The notes: generated by a model not told the origin, from the letters alone. Shown: positions 1 to 13,907, numbered from the stretch's first letter. The stretch is DNA of 64,000 bases from Octopus vulgaris (GCA_951406725.2 OX597815.1:209932001-209996000); one strand, 5' to 3'. Made by a program: numbers and translations.

Positions 1-228
1 ACAAGGCCGGCCCTTTGAAATACAGGTACAACAGAAACAGGAAGTAAGAGTGAGAGAAATTTGTGGTGAAAGAGTACAGCAGGGATCGCCACCATCCCCT
101 GCCGGAGCCTCGTGGAGCTTTAGGTGTTTTCGCTCAATAAACACTCACAACGCCCGGTCTGGGAATCGAAGCCGCGATCCTATGACTGCGAGTCCGCTGC
201 CCTAACCACTGGGCCATTGCGACTCCAC
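1..228 (-). mobile_element. tRNA-derived SINE family C, 5' part (runs off window start)
   Basis: Reverse complement starts GTGGAGTCGCAATGGCCCAGTGG (A box) ... GCTTCGATTCC (B box); near-identical to 11155-11541 and 59175-59543. Confidence 0.9.
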
Positions 229-328
229 GGTTTTGGTATATAGACCGCTAATGACTTGCTAAATCCGTCTCTATTGACATTTATTCCAAGCTTTTATGGT
301 CATGTGGATATTTACATCTCCTTAATAC

Positions 329-552
329 TCTCTCTATTTACTCTTTTACTTGTTTCAGTCATTTGACTGCGGCCATGCTGGAGCACCGCCATTTAATCGA
401 GCAACTCGACCCGGGGTATTATTCTTTTGTAAGCCCAGTACTTATTCTATCGGTCTCTTTTGCCTAACCGCTAAGTAACGGGGACATAAACACACCAGCA
501 TCGGTTGTCAATCAATACTAGGGGGACAAACACAGACACAAACACACACACA

Positions 553-606
<54 letters not shown>

Positions 607-764
607 TACGACGGGCTTCTTTCAGTTTCCGTCTACCAAATCCACTCACAAGGCATTGGTCGGCCCGGGGCTATAGAAGACATTTGCCGAAGAGGCCACG
701 CAGTGGGACTGAACCCGAAACCATGTGGTTGGTTAGCAAGCTACTTACCACACAGCCACTCCAG
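329..764 (-). mobile_element. tRNA-derived SINE family A with internal (TA)n
   Basis: Head GGAGTGGCTGTGTGGTAAGTAGC..GGTTCAGTCCC, internal (TA)n/(TG)n, tail ACTGAAACAAGTAAAAGAG; homologous to copies at 7.1, 26.0, 26.7, 34.8 and 61.6 kb. Confidence 0.9.
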
Positions 765-1114
765 CGCCTTTTTTAATCATGCCTTTTTTTTCACTTTCTC
801 TCCTGTTCTTGTTTTTATGCCTGAATATTTCCCATGTGGAGGCTGAGTTTATCTGTAATATATCATTTTTTATTCTTCTATCCTTTTATTTGTTTCACTC
901 ATTTGACTGCGGCCATGCTGAAGCACCGCCTTGAATATGCTGCCATTGATGTTTGGTCCCTGATCCACTGTGTACATGATTAAAAGCGTTCAAACTATGA
1001 CTTCCCTGATATAAGAAATTTTCTGATTCCCATGGCGGCAGGATTTAATATGATGAAAAATTAATGGTTACTCCTGCCATACTTGGCAATCGAGTAAAGG
1101 GCTCCTCACAGACA

Positions 1115-1328
1115 CATAAGCTTGAAATATTGGCATAAAGCCATGGATTTTAAATGAGATGGGGAAGGTTATCACATGAAGCTCAGTAGTTAACTGGTAC
1201 GTATTTTGTCAACCCCGAAAGAATAGATGACCACCTCTGTGGAATTTAAACTAAGAACATAAGGGAGTGGAAGATATGCTGCTAATCATTTTGTCTGATG
1301 CGCTAACGATTCTGCCATCACGCTGTCG
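1115..1328 (-). mobile_element. Degenerate SINE family B copy
   Basis: Diverged match to family B head (GGCAGAATCGTTAGC) and body (GGGGTTGACAAAATACGTACCAGTT). Confidence 0.6.
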
Positions 1329-1399
1329 TCTGCAAACCTATAATAAACATATCTTACACGTGAGTATTGCAAATTGATCTCGCATTCATTTATTGTTTC

Positions 1400-3170
1400 A
1401 TCCGTTTCATGGCCATGAGTCAAGTACTGTACATTCCAATTGATAATAATCATTCAGCACGGGCATGGATTTCGTTTAGCTGTTTTTTGTTTTCCGTTTT
1501 GTTCTTCCTATTTTGATAAGATTGGATTCAAACACCGCAACAATAAATTAATTAGATTACTTTTGTTGGCTGTTTCTTAAGTATAGATTTCTTTTCTGCA
1601 ATATTGGCTAAACTTTAATATTCTCCAGTTATTCTTTTGTCTATTAGCTGATGGATGATTACAGTACAATAAACTGGGAACTTCATAAGACAAATGAGTG
1701 GCATCTAATACGTGTTTTTACCTAGAGCTCTTCCAAGTAAAATTTGCGTTCTTTTACTTTTTCTTTCGTTTCTTCTTTTATATAGATTAATTTTCCCGAA
1801 AATTACTTGATATCAAACGCCCGAGACATTGTTGGCTTCCATTTCGTTTTGTTGTCTTTTTTCTTGATCATTTTCTATTTCATTTTGCACCTTTTCGTTA
1901 TTATTTCTGCCAATATTTACCTATATTATTTGTCATTAATATTTTAAGTATTTGCATGAAATAGAAACGTTGATATTTTTGTAGTAACTTTCCAACATAT
2001 GTTTGCTGATATGATTTGATTTGTGTTTGCTTCCAGAATATCTTGTTTTTTATTGACATTATATTTTAGCTATTTTTTTGTCGCACGACATATAGCTTCC
2101 AATTATTTCAAATGAGAAAAATCTTACATATTTTCCCAACTTTATATCATATGTTCTCTTTCTGATATTTTGGTGGAGATTAAGGCGGCGAGATGGCAGA
2201 AGCGTTAGCACGACAGACAAAATGCTTAGCAGCATTTAGTCCGGCTTTATGCTCTGAGCTCGAATTCTGTCATTGCTGATTTTGCCTTTCATCCTTTCCG
2301 GGTTCGATAAAATATAAGTAGCAGTAGAGAATTGTAATCAATATAATTGATTTACCCACCTCCCCCGAAATTGCTAACTTTGTGCCAAGCTTAAAACTAA
2401 TATTTTAGTGGAGTTTAGATTATAATCTGATTCCTTGGAAAACAAGAACAGTTTCCATCGATACAACCATTTACTGTATAAATCATATCAATCACTCTGT
2501 TGATATTCGCGTAGTTTGTTTCATAGGCCACAATTACGTACAGAGTCCTGTTATTTTATTGTTCGTAAAGTTGAATGTTTGCGTGTAGCTTAAGCGGGTA
2601 TTTGAATTGACTAATATTCGCCAAATTTTGGTCAGTTGTATTTTCTGTATTGTTTCTGTTATTTTCTCAACGAAATTCCGGATGCCCCTGTTGCAATGTG
2701 AGTGATAATTCTATTTGCTAATATGAGATTGTATATTTTGCTGAATACGTCCATGAGAACTTCAACGGTCAACAACTTTTTGGATTTTAATTCGTTTTCC
2801 TTTGGCTTGGATCTTGTTTTGATCCAATGCTTTGTTTGGTTTGTGCTATGTGGTTTCTAAAGCATTTCTTCTGTCCTTCGAGGATGTATTTATTCTACGT
2901 GTTGTTCTATGTATCCCTATTGCTTTCGTAGAGTCTTGTGTTTTTGCAAATGGTGGGTTCTGTTGTGACACATCCATTCGTTTGTGACAGGTAATCTTTT
3001 GTGTGAATATGTGCTGTCGGCTTTGCTTCGCTTCGCTTTTCTTTGCTTGTGTGGTGTCATATGTATTTTGAATATGAATGATGCAGTTTCGATGGTTCTA
3101 TTGTTTGACAGCAAGTGTAGTATTTTGCTTTAGTTTCAATCTTTATTCATTTTGAAGTTTATTCCGTTTT
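1400..3170 (-). mobile_element. Highly decayed non-LTR retrotransposon RT relic, interrupted by a SINE
   Basis: Minus strand near 2500-2770 gives broken RP-x-S / SKIY / GFR-like RT motifs; many stops and frameshifts; boundaries approximate. Confidence 0.35.
2183..2400 (+). mobile_element. SINE family B, ordinary-tail type
   Basis: AGGCGGCGAGATGGCAGAAGCGTTAGCAC head; TTTGCCTTTCATCCTTTCCGGG body. Confidence 0.8.
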
Positions 3171-4639
3171 TATGACATTCTTATTTACACACACACCTTA
3201 CGCACGCACGGACACGCACACACACACACACACATACATGTAAGCTTTAAGTGCGAAAACAAAATTTCACCTCATGAAAGAAAATAAAACAGAATAGAAA
3301 GAACAATTGAATTACAGGATATAGAAAAAATTGTATGATACCAGAAATGATGGTCTGACCGCATGCCAGATCTCAGGTAGACGAAGAGAAGTGAAGAGCA
3401 GGAGAAGTGGACCGGGGCGATCGAATGTCGAGGCAGCGCTGGGTCGTGTGATGCTAAATGTAGAAAGAAGGATGGTGGAGTAAAGAGAGTATGAAAGTGA
3501 CGAAGAGGAAGTGGAAAAGAGAAAAAAGGAAGTGTAGAATTATAAAGGGGCAGAAAACTAGCGACTGGGGTTAAATGAGAGGAGTAGTGTTGTTTGAGGG
3601 TGTGCATGGATGTGTAGGGTTTATGTGAAATGCAATAAAGGTTCCTACGTGCAATGTTTTTCCATGGTGCATTATGGTGCAGATGATGTGTGAAGGGGTG
3701 ATAGGTTGGACTATAATAGTCTTCGGTTGAAGATAAGAGGATTTGTGTGAGAGCTTCTCTATTTGCGAGTGTGTGTGTGTGCATATGAAATAGTTATATC
3801 AATGCGCTAGTATATTACTTATTATGTCTACTCTGCATGGATGAGTTGATCCACTGGATAGTATGTGTAATCTGTGAATTGGGAACTGAAATGTGGAGCC
3901 ACTATGAAGTGGTGAATATCGCGGGATGGAATGCACGGGTGTAGGATGTCGATAAGTTATCACGATCACCGCATTCATAGCCGAAGATTATACGTAGTAC
4001 ACTCGCAAACATATTCACTCACGCATACACAACATTCACTCACCCACGCGCACACGCACACACACATATACACGCACATATTGTGTGTGTGTATATAAGT
4101 GCATAAATAAATACATACATGCATGCAGTGTTTCCTCAGCAAAAAACGTGTCCTGTGACATTTTAAAATCTCTTTGTAATAAACACTTTTATGGAATTCT
4201 AAAATTGAATGAAAACCTGAGAACCTTTAGAAATTATTTTCGCGTTTACATGGAATTCCGTTTTCAGAAGCTTTGTTTTCATTTACCCAGTCTTCACGCA
4301 CTTTCCTAGATAATATTTCGCACTAGAAAACATCAATACTTTTTACATTTGTATTTCACAATTTGAAAATTTTCTCCCACCGACTTATTGTCAAACAGGA
4401 TTGAAATATATATATACTCACCCGGCCGGAATATAATGTTCAGTGTGTTTTTCTCTGTGCATTTGTTTTTTTCTTTTTCGCTTTTGCAAAATGTACTGGC
4501 GCATTATATACATTTCGTAGCCGAAAATAACTTCTACGTTATTTCTCCATAAAATCATATTTGCAGCTTGGATAGTATTACCGTCTCTTTTGGACTCAAG
4601 TACTTGAAGCCAGTAATTGATGGTGCACGTCATATAAAT

Positions 4640-5710
4640 CCACCAACAATTGCAAATGAAAATGTGTACTGTACTATGATTTCATCTTTTCTATACTTCC
4701 CCATTCATATTGAAATACACCCACGATAGAATCTTTCACTAGCTCGGCATTTGCAACATTTTAAGTTACCATTAAAAGCCGAATAATTGATTCATCACTT
4801 CAGAGAACTTTTTAAAGCCAAATTGAATCGCAGTTTACAAAGTGCAATTGGTGTATAATTACTTTCACGACTAACTGAAACATCCTAGCATATGAGTTAC
4901 AGGCAAAGTAAGACATTTTAACTATTGTTTAATGGTTTCTGAAGAAACAAGTTTCCTTTCAGTAGTTCTAAAATTTATCAACACTTGATACAAGGTTGTC
5001 TTTATTTTGTAAAGAGTCAGGTAATCTAGTCTGCAACAAGTTGTACATTTAGTATGATTAGATCATGTCTCTTTGCTGTATAACCACTCTGTTAGAAGTG
5101 TCCAGCTACTCTCTTAATACTTAGCAAAGAAATAGGAAATTTCTTCTTCTTCGGTATCTTGCGGATTTCAGAATATGATGTATCTATTTCATGGAGACAA
5201 GTAATTTGACTTTTAATAGCCACATCAGCATGAAACTTCTCTTTGAAAGTCTATGTATTATAAACGAATATAAGGCTATTCAATATAGCTATCTCTCGTG
5301 TAATTAGAACCATTTGCGCGCAACTTTTGATCTAAACATTAAAAGAAATTTCTACTACACTTGCCTTTAAATGGAATCTAAAAATATACTTCAAAGTATA
5401 TTAAATAGCTCTTTCTAACTTCTTAGTATATAAAATCTATCGAAACAATCCTATCATACATTTTCCATACGTACAATTTTAAATTCTCCTGTCTTTCGTG
5501 ATATATTTGCCCTTAAGGATAAACGATGGATATCTATAAGAAGCTTCACAATTTCGATCTTCTTCATAAAACTCTGTACGCAACTTTATAAAACGTCTCG
5601 CCGACAAAATGGTACAGTGTTTAGAGCAAATAAACTGTTTAAACTGCAATGTTCATCAGTTTGATGCACCATATTTACAACGAATATTTGGTATAGTTAT
5701 CCCAGATAAC
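4640..5710 (-). mobile_element. Possible very old hAT transposase relic
   Basis: Faint minus-strand peptides RCKYGASN (cf. GQxYDGASNM) and IIRLLMVT (cf. hAT dimerisation domain); no ORF or TIR seen. Confidence 0.25.
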
Positions 5711-5920
5711 ATCTTCACGCACGCACACAGGCGCATGCACATATACACGTATTAGTGTTGTTTCTCTGTATTTATAACTGTAACGAGTAAAAACACTTAA
5801 TTTTTTTAAAATATACAAACAATTTGTTTTAGAACGAAAATGTTAGCCAATTATCTTCAAGTGCTAACATTTTGTTTAAAAGCTTATATATATATATAAT
5901 TATATATATATATATACATT

Positions 5921-5963
5921 TTTTTGATAAGGTTCGTTTTTTCAAGAACCGAAACATGTAAAA
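5921..5963 (+). ncRNA. Minimal type I hammerhead ribozyme, U3-A8 core variant
   Basis: TTT-TTGATAA-GGTTC(10 nt loop)GAACC-GAAA-CATG-TA-AAA: 5-bp stem II, palindromic stem III ACATGT, GUA site, short stem I; inside a ~95-bp insert between two (TA)n tracts. Confidence 0.65.
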
Positions 5964-7117
5964 TTTAAATTTATCTAATATAGTGGCGTTTTCAAACTTC
6001 TTTTTTACAAGTATATATATATATACATGTCTTTTATCTGTTAATTGTTCCCCTTACTATGACTACGGTCATGCTAGGCTACAGCCTTGAATTTTTAGCC
6101 GAATGAATCGCCCCCAGTTGTCAACCAGGGCCGAATAAATCCCCCCTGGTTGTCAAGCAGTGATGGGGGACAAATACAGACACAAAGACACACTTCTAAA
6201 TTGAAGTATTTGAACTGAGAACACAAAGATTTTTAACAGATTCTGCAAGGGACTGTGTATGGATCTTTAACACGTCTAGCATTCTACTTATTTGGAATGT
6301 TCCTTCATTCATTGATCAGGAACGAATGAAGAGCAAAATTTGTCTCATTCAGACTTGTCTAATATCATTTAGTAGTATATTCTGATCACATCAATTAAGA
6401 CAGGTACGCCCTATTTGAAATATCTATTATTTACCTTCATCATTTGACAACTGATGGATTATCTAAGGAAAAAAACATGGGATTCCGGAACATTTAACTA
6501 CTTGTGTGCTCGTATGGATTTATATCAATAAAATCTGTTTTACTAGGAATGGTGTAAAGATTCCAGTAGTAATATATTCAGTAAATAATAATATTTTATA
6601 ACCTTAAAGCTTATAAGCGATCACCATGTATTAACTAAAGGAAAGACCTCGATGGAATAAAATGGTCCTTCCGTACGCGTAGGAAACGATCTCTTACCGT
6701 CATACATTAATGATAAGTGTACTACCACTACACCAACATACCCATTCAGTTCTTCCTGTTAGAGTTAAGAACTATAATTTCATAATGCTATTTTTTAAAA
6801 CAAAGAGACATGCGCGTCTTCTGTGATGATTTGAGAAGAGGTACCGAGTGACGATTATGTAAATAATAATAATATTTTATAAGCTTAAAGTTGTTAAGTA
6901 TCACTGTGTCTTGACTCAAGAAATTAATCTAATATGGGGGTATATAAGCCCTCGATATATATTTACAATTCGTTTTTTGGAGAACGAGAGAAGATGAATA
7001 ACGTTTCTAAAGGCGGGTCATTAACATAGAGTTAGAGAACTGTTTTATATCGAATTTGAATCTCATCTCATAATTGTCCTCAGACTAAAGGTATTTCCGT
7101 TTTTTATTTCGTGGTTT

Positions 7118-7521
7118 ACTCTTTACTCTTTACTCTTTTACTTGTTTCAGTCATTTGACTGCGGCCATGCTGGGGCACCGCCTTTAGTCGAGCAACTCGA
7201 CCTCGGGACTTATTCTTTTGTAAGCCCAGTACTTATTCTATCGGTCTCTATTGCCGAACCACTAAGTAACGGGGACATAAACACACCAGCATCGGTTGTC
7301 AAGCAATGCTAGAGGGACAAACACAGACACACAAACATATACACACACTTACATATATATACATACATACGACAGGCCTCTTTCAGTTTCCGTCTACGAA
7401 ATCCACTCACAAGGCTTTGGTCGACCCGAGGCTATAGTAGAAGACACTTACTCAAGGTGCCACGCAGTGGGACTGAACCCGGAACCATGTGGCTGGCAAA
7501 CAATCTACTTACCACACAGCC
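7118..7521 (-). mobile_element. SINE family A
   Basis: Homologous to 329-764; (ACTCTTT)n tail on + strand. Confidence 0.9.
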
Positions 7522-7699
7522 TAATGTGAAAATACGGATAACTTGGCACAATTTTTAACATATGTATTGTGGTAGTTTTTATTGCATCTCTTAGTAACTC
7601 TTAAGACACTCACTTATCATGAATCATCCAAGATATTTTGACCAAGCAGACGCACTTACATACTTACCTACCTTGACAATATTAGCAATCTAAATATGG

Positions 7700-8036
7700 A
7701 GAATTTTAGTCGAATATATCGACCTCAGAACTTTTGAATTTTTAAGCCTGGTACATATTCTATCGGACGTTTTTGCCAAACCGTTACGTCACGGGAACAT
7801 GAGCGCACTAACAGTATTGTTAAATGGAGGTGGGCGAGGAACACACTCTCACACATCTATCTATATATATATAGTCGACGGATGTCTTTCAGTTTCCCTC
7901 TACCAAATCCATTCACAAGGCCTTGGTCGCCCCAATTCTATAATAAAAGACACTTGTCCAAGGTGCTAAGCAGTGGGACTGAACCCGGAACCATGTGGTT
8001 GGGAAGCAAACTTCTTACCACGCAGTCACTCCTGCG
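7700..8036 (-). mobile_element. SINE family A, older diverged copy
   Basis: Head GCAGGAGTGACTGCGTGGTAAGAAGTTTGC and diverged body. Confidence 0.8.
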
Positions 8037-9677
8037 CTTATGTAGTGTAAATCATTTTTACAATTTAGCAACAATCTACTCCATTTTCTTCTGTAAAGTT
8101 TAAAGATCGGCTCATTTTTTTCTTCGTGGCAGTTCTCATTAACCAACCTCCACTAATTTTGATAGTGTACAACTTGCTTATATCCAAAGCTCGTATTAGA
8201 TATTGACTCCCTATATAAATATGGGCATTCACTGCAACGTCCCATGCAAAAATGACTCCGTTTCAATCCATTATACGGAAATATACACCCTAATTATTTC
8301 ATATTTTAAAAAATAGCATTACTCTCCGACATTCATGAATGTCTTTATTTCAAGAAAGTCACCCTAAAACATACATGGCCTCATTCCATTCACTAATTCA
8401 AATCTTTTGTTCTTAAATTAGTCAAATAATTCAATAGCATTAAAGATTGTTTTTATTAAAGATATATATTAGTTGTAAATAGCTGGATAATATCTAAAAG
8501 ACAAATGTATCTAGTATAAACAGTTATCGGTGTATGTAGCATGATATATTCGGTTGTTCACGGATTTCCTTGAATCTAAATTTACATCCGTAAAAATCAG
8601 CAACTCAGCTAATCAATTACCACTTCATAGGACCTAGTATATACAATCTGTGTCTCTCGTAATTCAGTTATAGCTTAATATTCTTTCCTGATATGTTCGT
8701 GTATTTCCCTTGCCCAGTAGGCTTTACTGGTGCCTTTACTTTTCATAGCAGTATTCCAGTAGCTATTTAAAGATATAATACTTGTACGTTTGTTTTTACA
8801 ATCAACAACGTTTGGAATGTCTATATTTAAGGAAACTTTTATTAGAATATAAACGTATATTCAAACTGAAATAATTATCTGGAGGCTTTATTTTAGATTA
8901 GATTAAACGAATTAAACAAAAGCATGTAATTAAATATATACATTTGCGTTATTTCTCATTTTCCACTCCATTTACATAAGAATCCTACGTCGAACTTAAA
9001 TTTATTGATATTTTACCCCCAAAGTTTTTGATATTTTTCCTTCAATTCTAATTGCTAGAAAACGAGTAGAAATACTTAACTTTTCAACATTCAAAACCAA
9101 GTTAAATATCAATATTTTGAACAAAGAGCAGAATCAAGTATCACGATTATTAGAATGTTGAAGTCTGTAAGATTTGCTTCATGTCATGAATTTCGTTTTT
9201 GTAGTTTCAAAATAGATTGAAGAAATAAAAATAGCAAACTACGTTTGTAAAAACGAGAAAAAACATTATGAACAAATAAAGAAAACATCGATTTCGCATA
9301 GAGATATCATGAAATTCTCGACAATTTTCTATATATCTAATTTCCTCCCTAGAAAACTGCGCTGTAAATGGTATTGTCATGTACTGTGTCAAAAAATAGT
9401 CTGTGATTAAGTTTGAATATAATCTCGTAGCAGTGACGTAAATATGCAATAACACAAGCATTTTGTGTCGATGTGACTCAACTATTTATAGCCAAAGCTT
9501 TATATGACCAACCTCTATTTATTTTTTAAAACAGCTAATCTTTTCCTTTGGCCCATTTTCTTGTCACTTAATGTATTCTTCAAGGATCCTATAAAAGGGA
9601 AGAAATAAAGTATTCAGCTTTAGATTTTGGAAGATAATTTTTCTTTTTAAAACTGGGAAACTTGATAATGTAAAATT

Positions 9678-9680
<3 letters not shown>

Positions 9681-9724
<44 letters not shown>

Positions 9725-9752
9725 ATCTATATACATATATATATATATATAT
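9681..9752. repeat. (TA)n microsatellite
   Basis: Seen directly. Confidence 0.95.
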
Positions 9753-10489
9753 AACTAGAATGCCTATAAAATACAAGTGTTAATATATTCATATAATCCG
9801 TCCTAGGAGAAAAAATATCGCATTTCTAAAACCTTGTGAGTTTAATATTGACATATTTTTATACGCTTTTTCTACGATTGTTGTATGTCCTTAAAATGAT
9901 GATGCATTAATTGTTACAGAATTATTAGTGCTGAGGCAAATTTCAGAATAGTAATAAAATATATAGGTAATTAAATTAAATTACTTTTGTTATAATTAAT
10001 GTAATGATCCTAATAAATATTTCTTCCACTAAAATTAGAACACTTAATACGAAAGGCGAGGGAGATAACGGCGAAATCATAATGCTTTAAAAGTAGAATT
10101 GGAACATGAAGTCGATAACTTTCGGCGTGTTGTGGTCACATTAGATCCCCAACAGAGTATACGCTTTCTCGTACGTAGCAGAGCTCGGAGTGATTGGGAA
10201 GATAGAGATTTTGATAGAACACTATTCACTGATAATTTAGTTTAATATAATGGGAACATTTTCCAGAACTGACTAGTCTATAATGAGCATGTTGCTTAAC
10301 GTGATCTTGCATATATAATGTAGTAGCCAGAAAAATGTTCAATAAATTAAAATGAAACTCCAAATAAGACAAAAATTATCAGAATTCCCGATAATACTTT
10401 CCAAGTAGCGCGATTAAACCCGAAGAAATGCACTTAACTATGTTTTTTCAGGAAGTAGTAATTTTCTCATATCAAATTTAGTTTGCAGA

Positions 10490-10787
10490 ATCGACTCTAG
10501 AGGAATTTGAACTTAGAACGTAAAGCTTTTTAGCATAATGCGCTGAGATTCTTATTTCTTTACTACCCACAAGGGGCTAAACACAGAGGGGACAAACGAG
10601 GACAAACAAACGAATTAAGTCGATTATATCGACTCCAGTGCGTAACTGGTACTTAATTTATCGACCCCGAAAAGATGAAAAGCAAAGTCGACCTCGGCGG
10701 AATTTGAACTCAGAACGTAACGGCAGATGAAATACGGCTACGCATTTTGCCCGGCGTGCTAACGTGTCTGCCAGCTCACCACCGTCT
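10490..10787 (-). mobile_element. SINE family B (LINE-like tail) nested in an older family B copy
   Basis: Head, body and tail ..CCCCTTGTGGGTAGTAAAGAAATA, then diverged host sequence resuming at AGAATCTCAGCGC..TTCTAAGTTCAAATTCC. Confidence 0.8.
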
Positions 10788-11154
10788 TAACGTCATTGTT
10801 AGTAGATTATATTTACATATGGAGCAGGCAGGCAGCTGAAGTTAACTGAATTTAGACACAGTGCAATGAATATCTCAGAATAACCTGAAATTGAAGCATG
10901 TGTCATGATTGTGTCTCATATCTGCTGGGTCAATAAGACAAGTAGTAATAAATTACAATGGTCGATTAATGTGATTAGGATGATTCAGTATAAGTTTGCT
11001 ACTGTGCGATAATCTCATTTCTAATTATTTGTTTTTGAATATCCAGAATTGCATTTCTAAATATATCTCCTAAAAAAGAATCATTTTAAGAAATTTTGCA
11101 GCTCTTTAAGGCTTCAAATGGAAGGACTAACGCATTATATGTTACTTATTCCTT

Positions 11155-11541
11155 GTGGAGGCGCAATGGCCCAGTGGTTAGGGCAGCGGACTCGCGGTCG
11201 TAGGATCGCGGTTTCGATTCCCAGACCGGGCGTTGTGAGTGTTTATTGAGCGAAAACACCTAAAAGCTCCACGAGGCTCCGGCAGGGGATGGTGGTGATC
11301 CCTGCTGTACTCTTTCACCACAACTTTCTCACTCTTACTTCCTGTTTCTGTTGTACCTGTATTTCAAGGGGCCGGCCTTGTCACTCTCTGTGTCACGCTG
11401 AATATCCCCGAGAACTACGTTAAGGGTACACGTGTCTGTGGAGTGCTCAGCCACTTACACGTTAATTTCCCGAGCAGGCTGTTCCGTTGGTCGGATCAAC
11501 CGGAACCCTCATCGTCGTAACCGACGGAGTGCTTCCACTCC
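11155..11541 (+). mobile_element. Full-length tRNA-derived SINE family C with 11-bp TSD
   Basis: A box TGGCCCAGTGG, B box GTTTCGATTCC; TSD ACTTATTCCTT at 11144-11154 and 11542-11552. Confidence 0.93.
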
Positions 11542-11623
11542 ACTTATTCCTTACTTAAAGATATATTTTCAAATATTTTATTTTACTTTATTACCGTTTA
11601 TTGAACCAATATTTTATTATTTT

Positions 11624-12205
11624 AAGGTGGCGAGCTGGCAGAATCGTTAGCACGCTGGGCGAAATGCTGTGTGGTATTTCGTCCGCCGCTGCGTTCTGAG
11701 TTCAAATCCCACCGAGGTCGACTTTGCCTTTCCTCCGTTTGGGAGCGATAAACTAAGCACATGTTACGCACTGGCGTCGATGTAATCGACTTAATCCGTT
11801 CGCCTGTCCTTGTTTGTCCCCTCTCTGTTCAGCCCTTTTGGTTAATAAAGAAATAGGTATTTCGTCTGCCGTTACGTTCTGAGTTCAAATTTCACCGAGG
11901 TCGACTTTGCCTTTCCTCCATTCGGGGTCGATAAATTAAGTACCAGTTACGCACTGGGGTCGATATAATCGACTTAATCCGTTTGTCTGTCCTTGTTTGT
12001 CCCATCTATGTTTAGCCCATTGTGGGCAATAAAGAAATAAGAAACGTTATCACTCCTATCAAAATGCTGAGCGGCACTTCGTTCATATTTATCTTCTAAG
12101 TTCAAATTCGACTAATGTCTACTTCACCTTTCATCCTTTTAGCGTCGATAAAATAAGTGCCATTTGAGCGGAATTGTTGGCCCTGTGACGAAATTTCAAA
12201 TCAAC
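11624..12205 (+). mobile_element. SINE family B tandem/nested array (two LINE-tailed units plus old host copy)
   Basis: Two ~184-bp units ending AATAAAGAAATA, joined to GGTATTTCGTCTG and then to AGAAACGTTATCAC of a diverged copy. Confidence 0.88.
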
Positions 12206-12965
12206 ACTTTTGTTATTCCTAATATTTTCAGTTTATGCATCCTCATTATGATTTTCATTTCAAAACAAGTTTATTAGATTCGACAATCGTCAGCAATTGC
12301 GAAATAATATTTTCTATATATAAGAGCGAACTATCTTGCGAAAAGTAGACTTTGTAAGTTTATGACTTATATTAACTTGCATTATCATCTGCAATAGTAT
12401 ATCAAAAGAGTTTAAAAGGAAATAATGAAAATGATAAATAGCAAGTTAACATGTATAGACTGATTATTGTTATCAAAACGATACGTATTTGAAGGTGAGT
12501 ATTGTCAAGTAATTGATCGCCAGCATATTCATGATATATATTTCATCACAACTATACCACATGAAAGGAAACGTCGATTCTACATAATTTTAGAACAGGT
12601 TGCAAAAGACCGAATGCGAAAGACATTTGCCAATGCTCTGCTAATTTCGCCGTCCATCAATCTGTTATAGAAACATTGCTGGTAACCCCAGAACAATTCT
12701 TGGTATATTCATTTCACTTATTTATCCATAAAATGTAAAGTATATGATAAAATTAGTGCTATGAATAAGATATTGAACTACCTATACATGAATATATTTC
12801 TGTACTTTATGCCAATATATGTCTAGATAGCATGATGTATAAATATTAATATGCATTTAGAGGTTATGAATATGTCTCTTTGTGTAACAATCTCTATATA
12901 TGCTTGTCATTTTTCATGTCTTGTTAAGCGAACGTTTAATTTATACATATACAATATACCACATG

Positions 12966-13000
<35 letters not shown>

Positions 13001-13054
13001 TTCTTGTCTCTCTAACTCACTTTCTCTCTCCCTGCACTCTCTTTCTCTCCATCG

Positions 13055-13103
<49 letters not shown>
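12966..13103. repeat. (CT)n-rich microsatellite
   Basis: Seen directly. Confidence 0.9.
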
Positions 13104-13104
<1 letters not shown>

Positions 13105-13304
13105 GTATACATATATATTTTATTTATACATATATATTAATTCATTATATGTACGTATATATGTATATATAAGGTGATGTATTCGTAGACTCGTATGAGT
13201 GTTAAATTGATCTGCTGCAATCGTTCTGGCTATATAAGCTTTCAGTTCAAACCTTACAAACATCAACTCTGCATTTCGTCATTTATGTACTGAACTTGTT
13301 TCAC

Positions 13305-13907
13305 CTTTCTCTTATTATTGCATTCTGTCTTTGATTTGCTCTCTCCGCAAACAAATCTCTGTAGTCAGACAAGAAGGAAGGAGGTTTCCGCAAATGACAT
13401 CTCCCTTAATATCACAGTCCATATTCTTGGGATGATTACAGTGTAGTCCGTAGTATCCGTGGGCGTCGAATAAATCATCTTCATGGATTCATTTCCTCAG
13501 GAGCTATCGTATTAATGGATGTTTAACAGAGAGATGTTTATCCATTTTGACCAGTGCGAAAATTGATGGGATTATTTGGGTATTTCTGTGTGAATTTGGT
13601 AATGAGGAGGGGAAGGTGATGAAAAGAGGGTAAGGAATGATAGTTAAATGTGGATGGAGGTATGTGGGGGTATACTGGACTTATTTTGCTATTCAGTCTG
13701 GTGATGTCAAAGGTGGGTAGTACCGTAGTATCCGTGGGCATCGGGTAAATGTCCACGAATACTACGGACTAAACTGTAATCCTTCCAGGAATATGGACTG
13801 TGATCTTAAGGGACATGTGATTTGCGGAAAGCTCCCTCATTCTGGTTGACTACAAACATTTGTTCCGGGAGAGAGAGCAAATCGAAACAATGCAATAATG
13901 AGAGAAA
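13305..13907. mobile_element. Fold-back element, probably a PLE fragment
   Basis: Diverged inverted arms ~13305-13462 and ~13753-13907; spacer encodes DIYPMPTDT (cf. PLE RT DIYRKPT) on minus; half HHR CTGAGGA plus stem II at 13500-13465 (minus). Confidence 0.6.

Noticed and set aside
505-846. Recurring 'MSSNARGTNTDT..GLNPEPCGW' ORFs (also 7296, 26767, 34792, 61660)
   Set aside because: Antisense translations of SINE family A with variable frameshifts
6581-6925. Two ~65-bp diverged direct repeats about 280 bp apart
   Set aside because: AT-rich and diverged, with no recognisable element between them; probably an old local duplication
11155-11232. tRNA gene candidates here and at other SINE heads
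   Set aside because: A and B boxes present but no clean cloverleaf; each continues into a repeated SINE body
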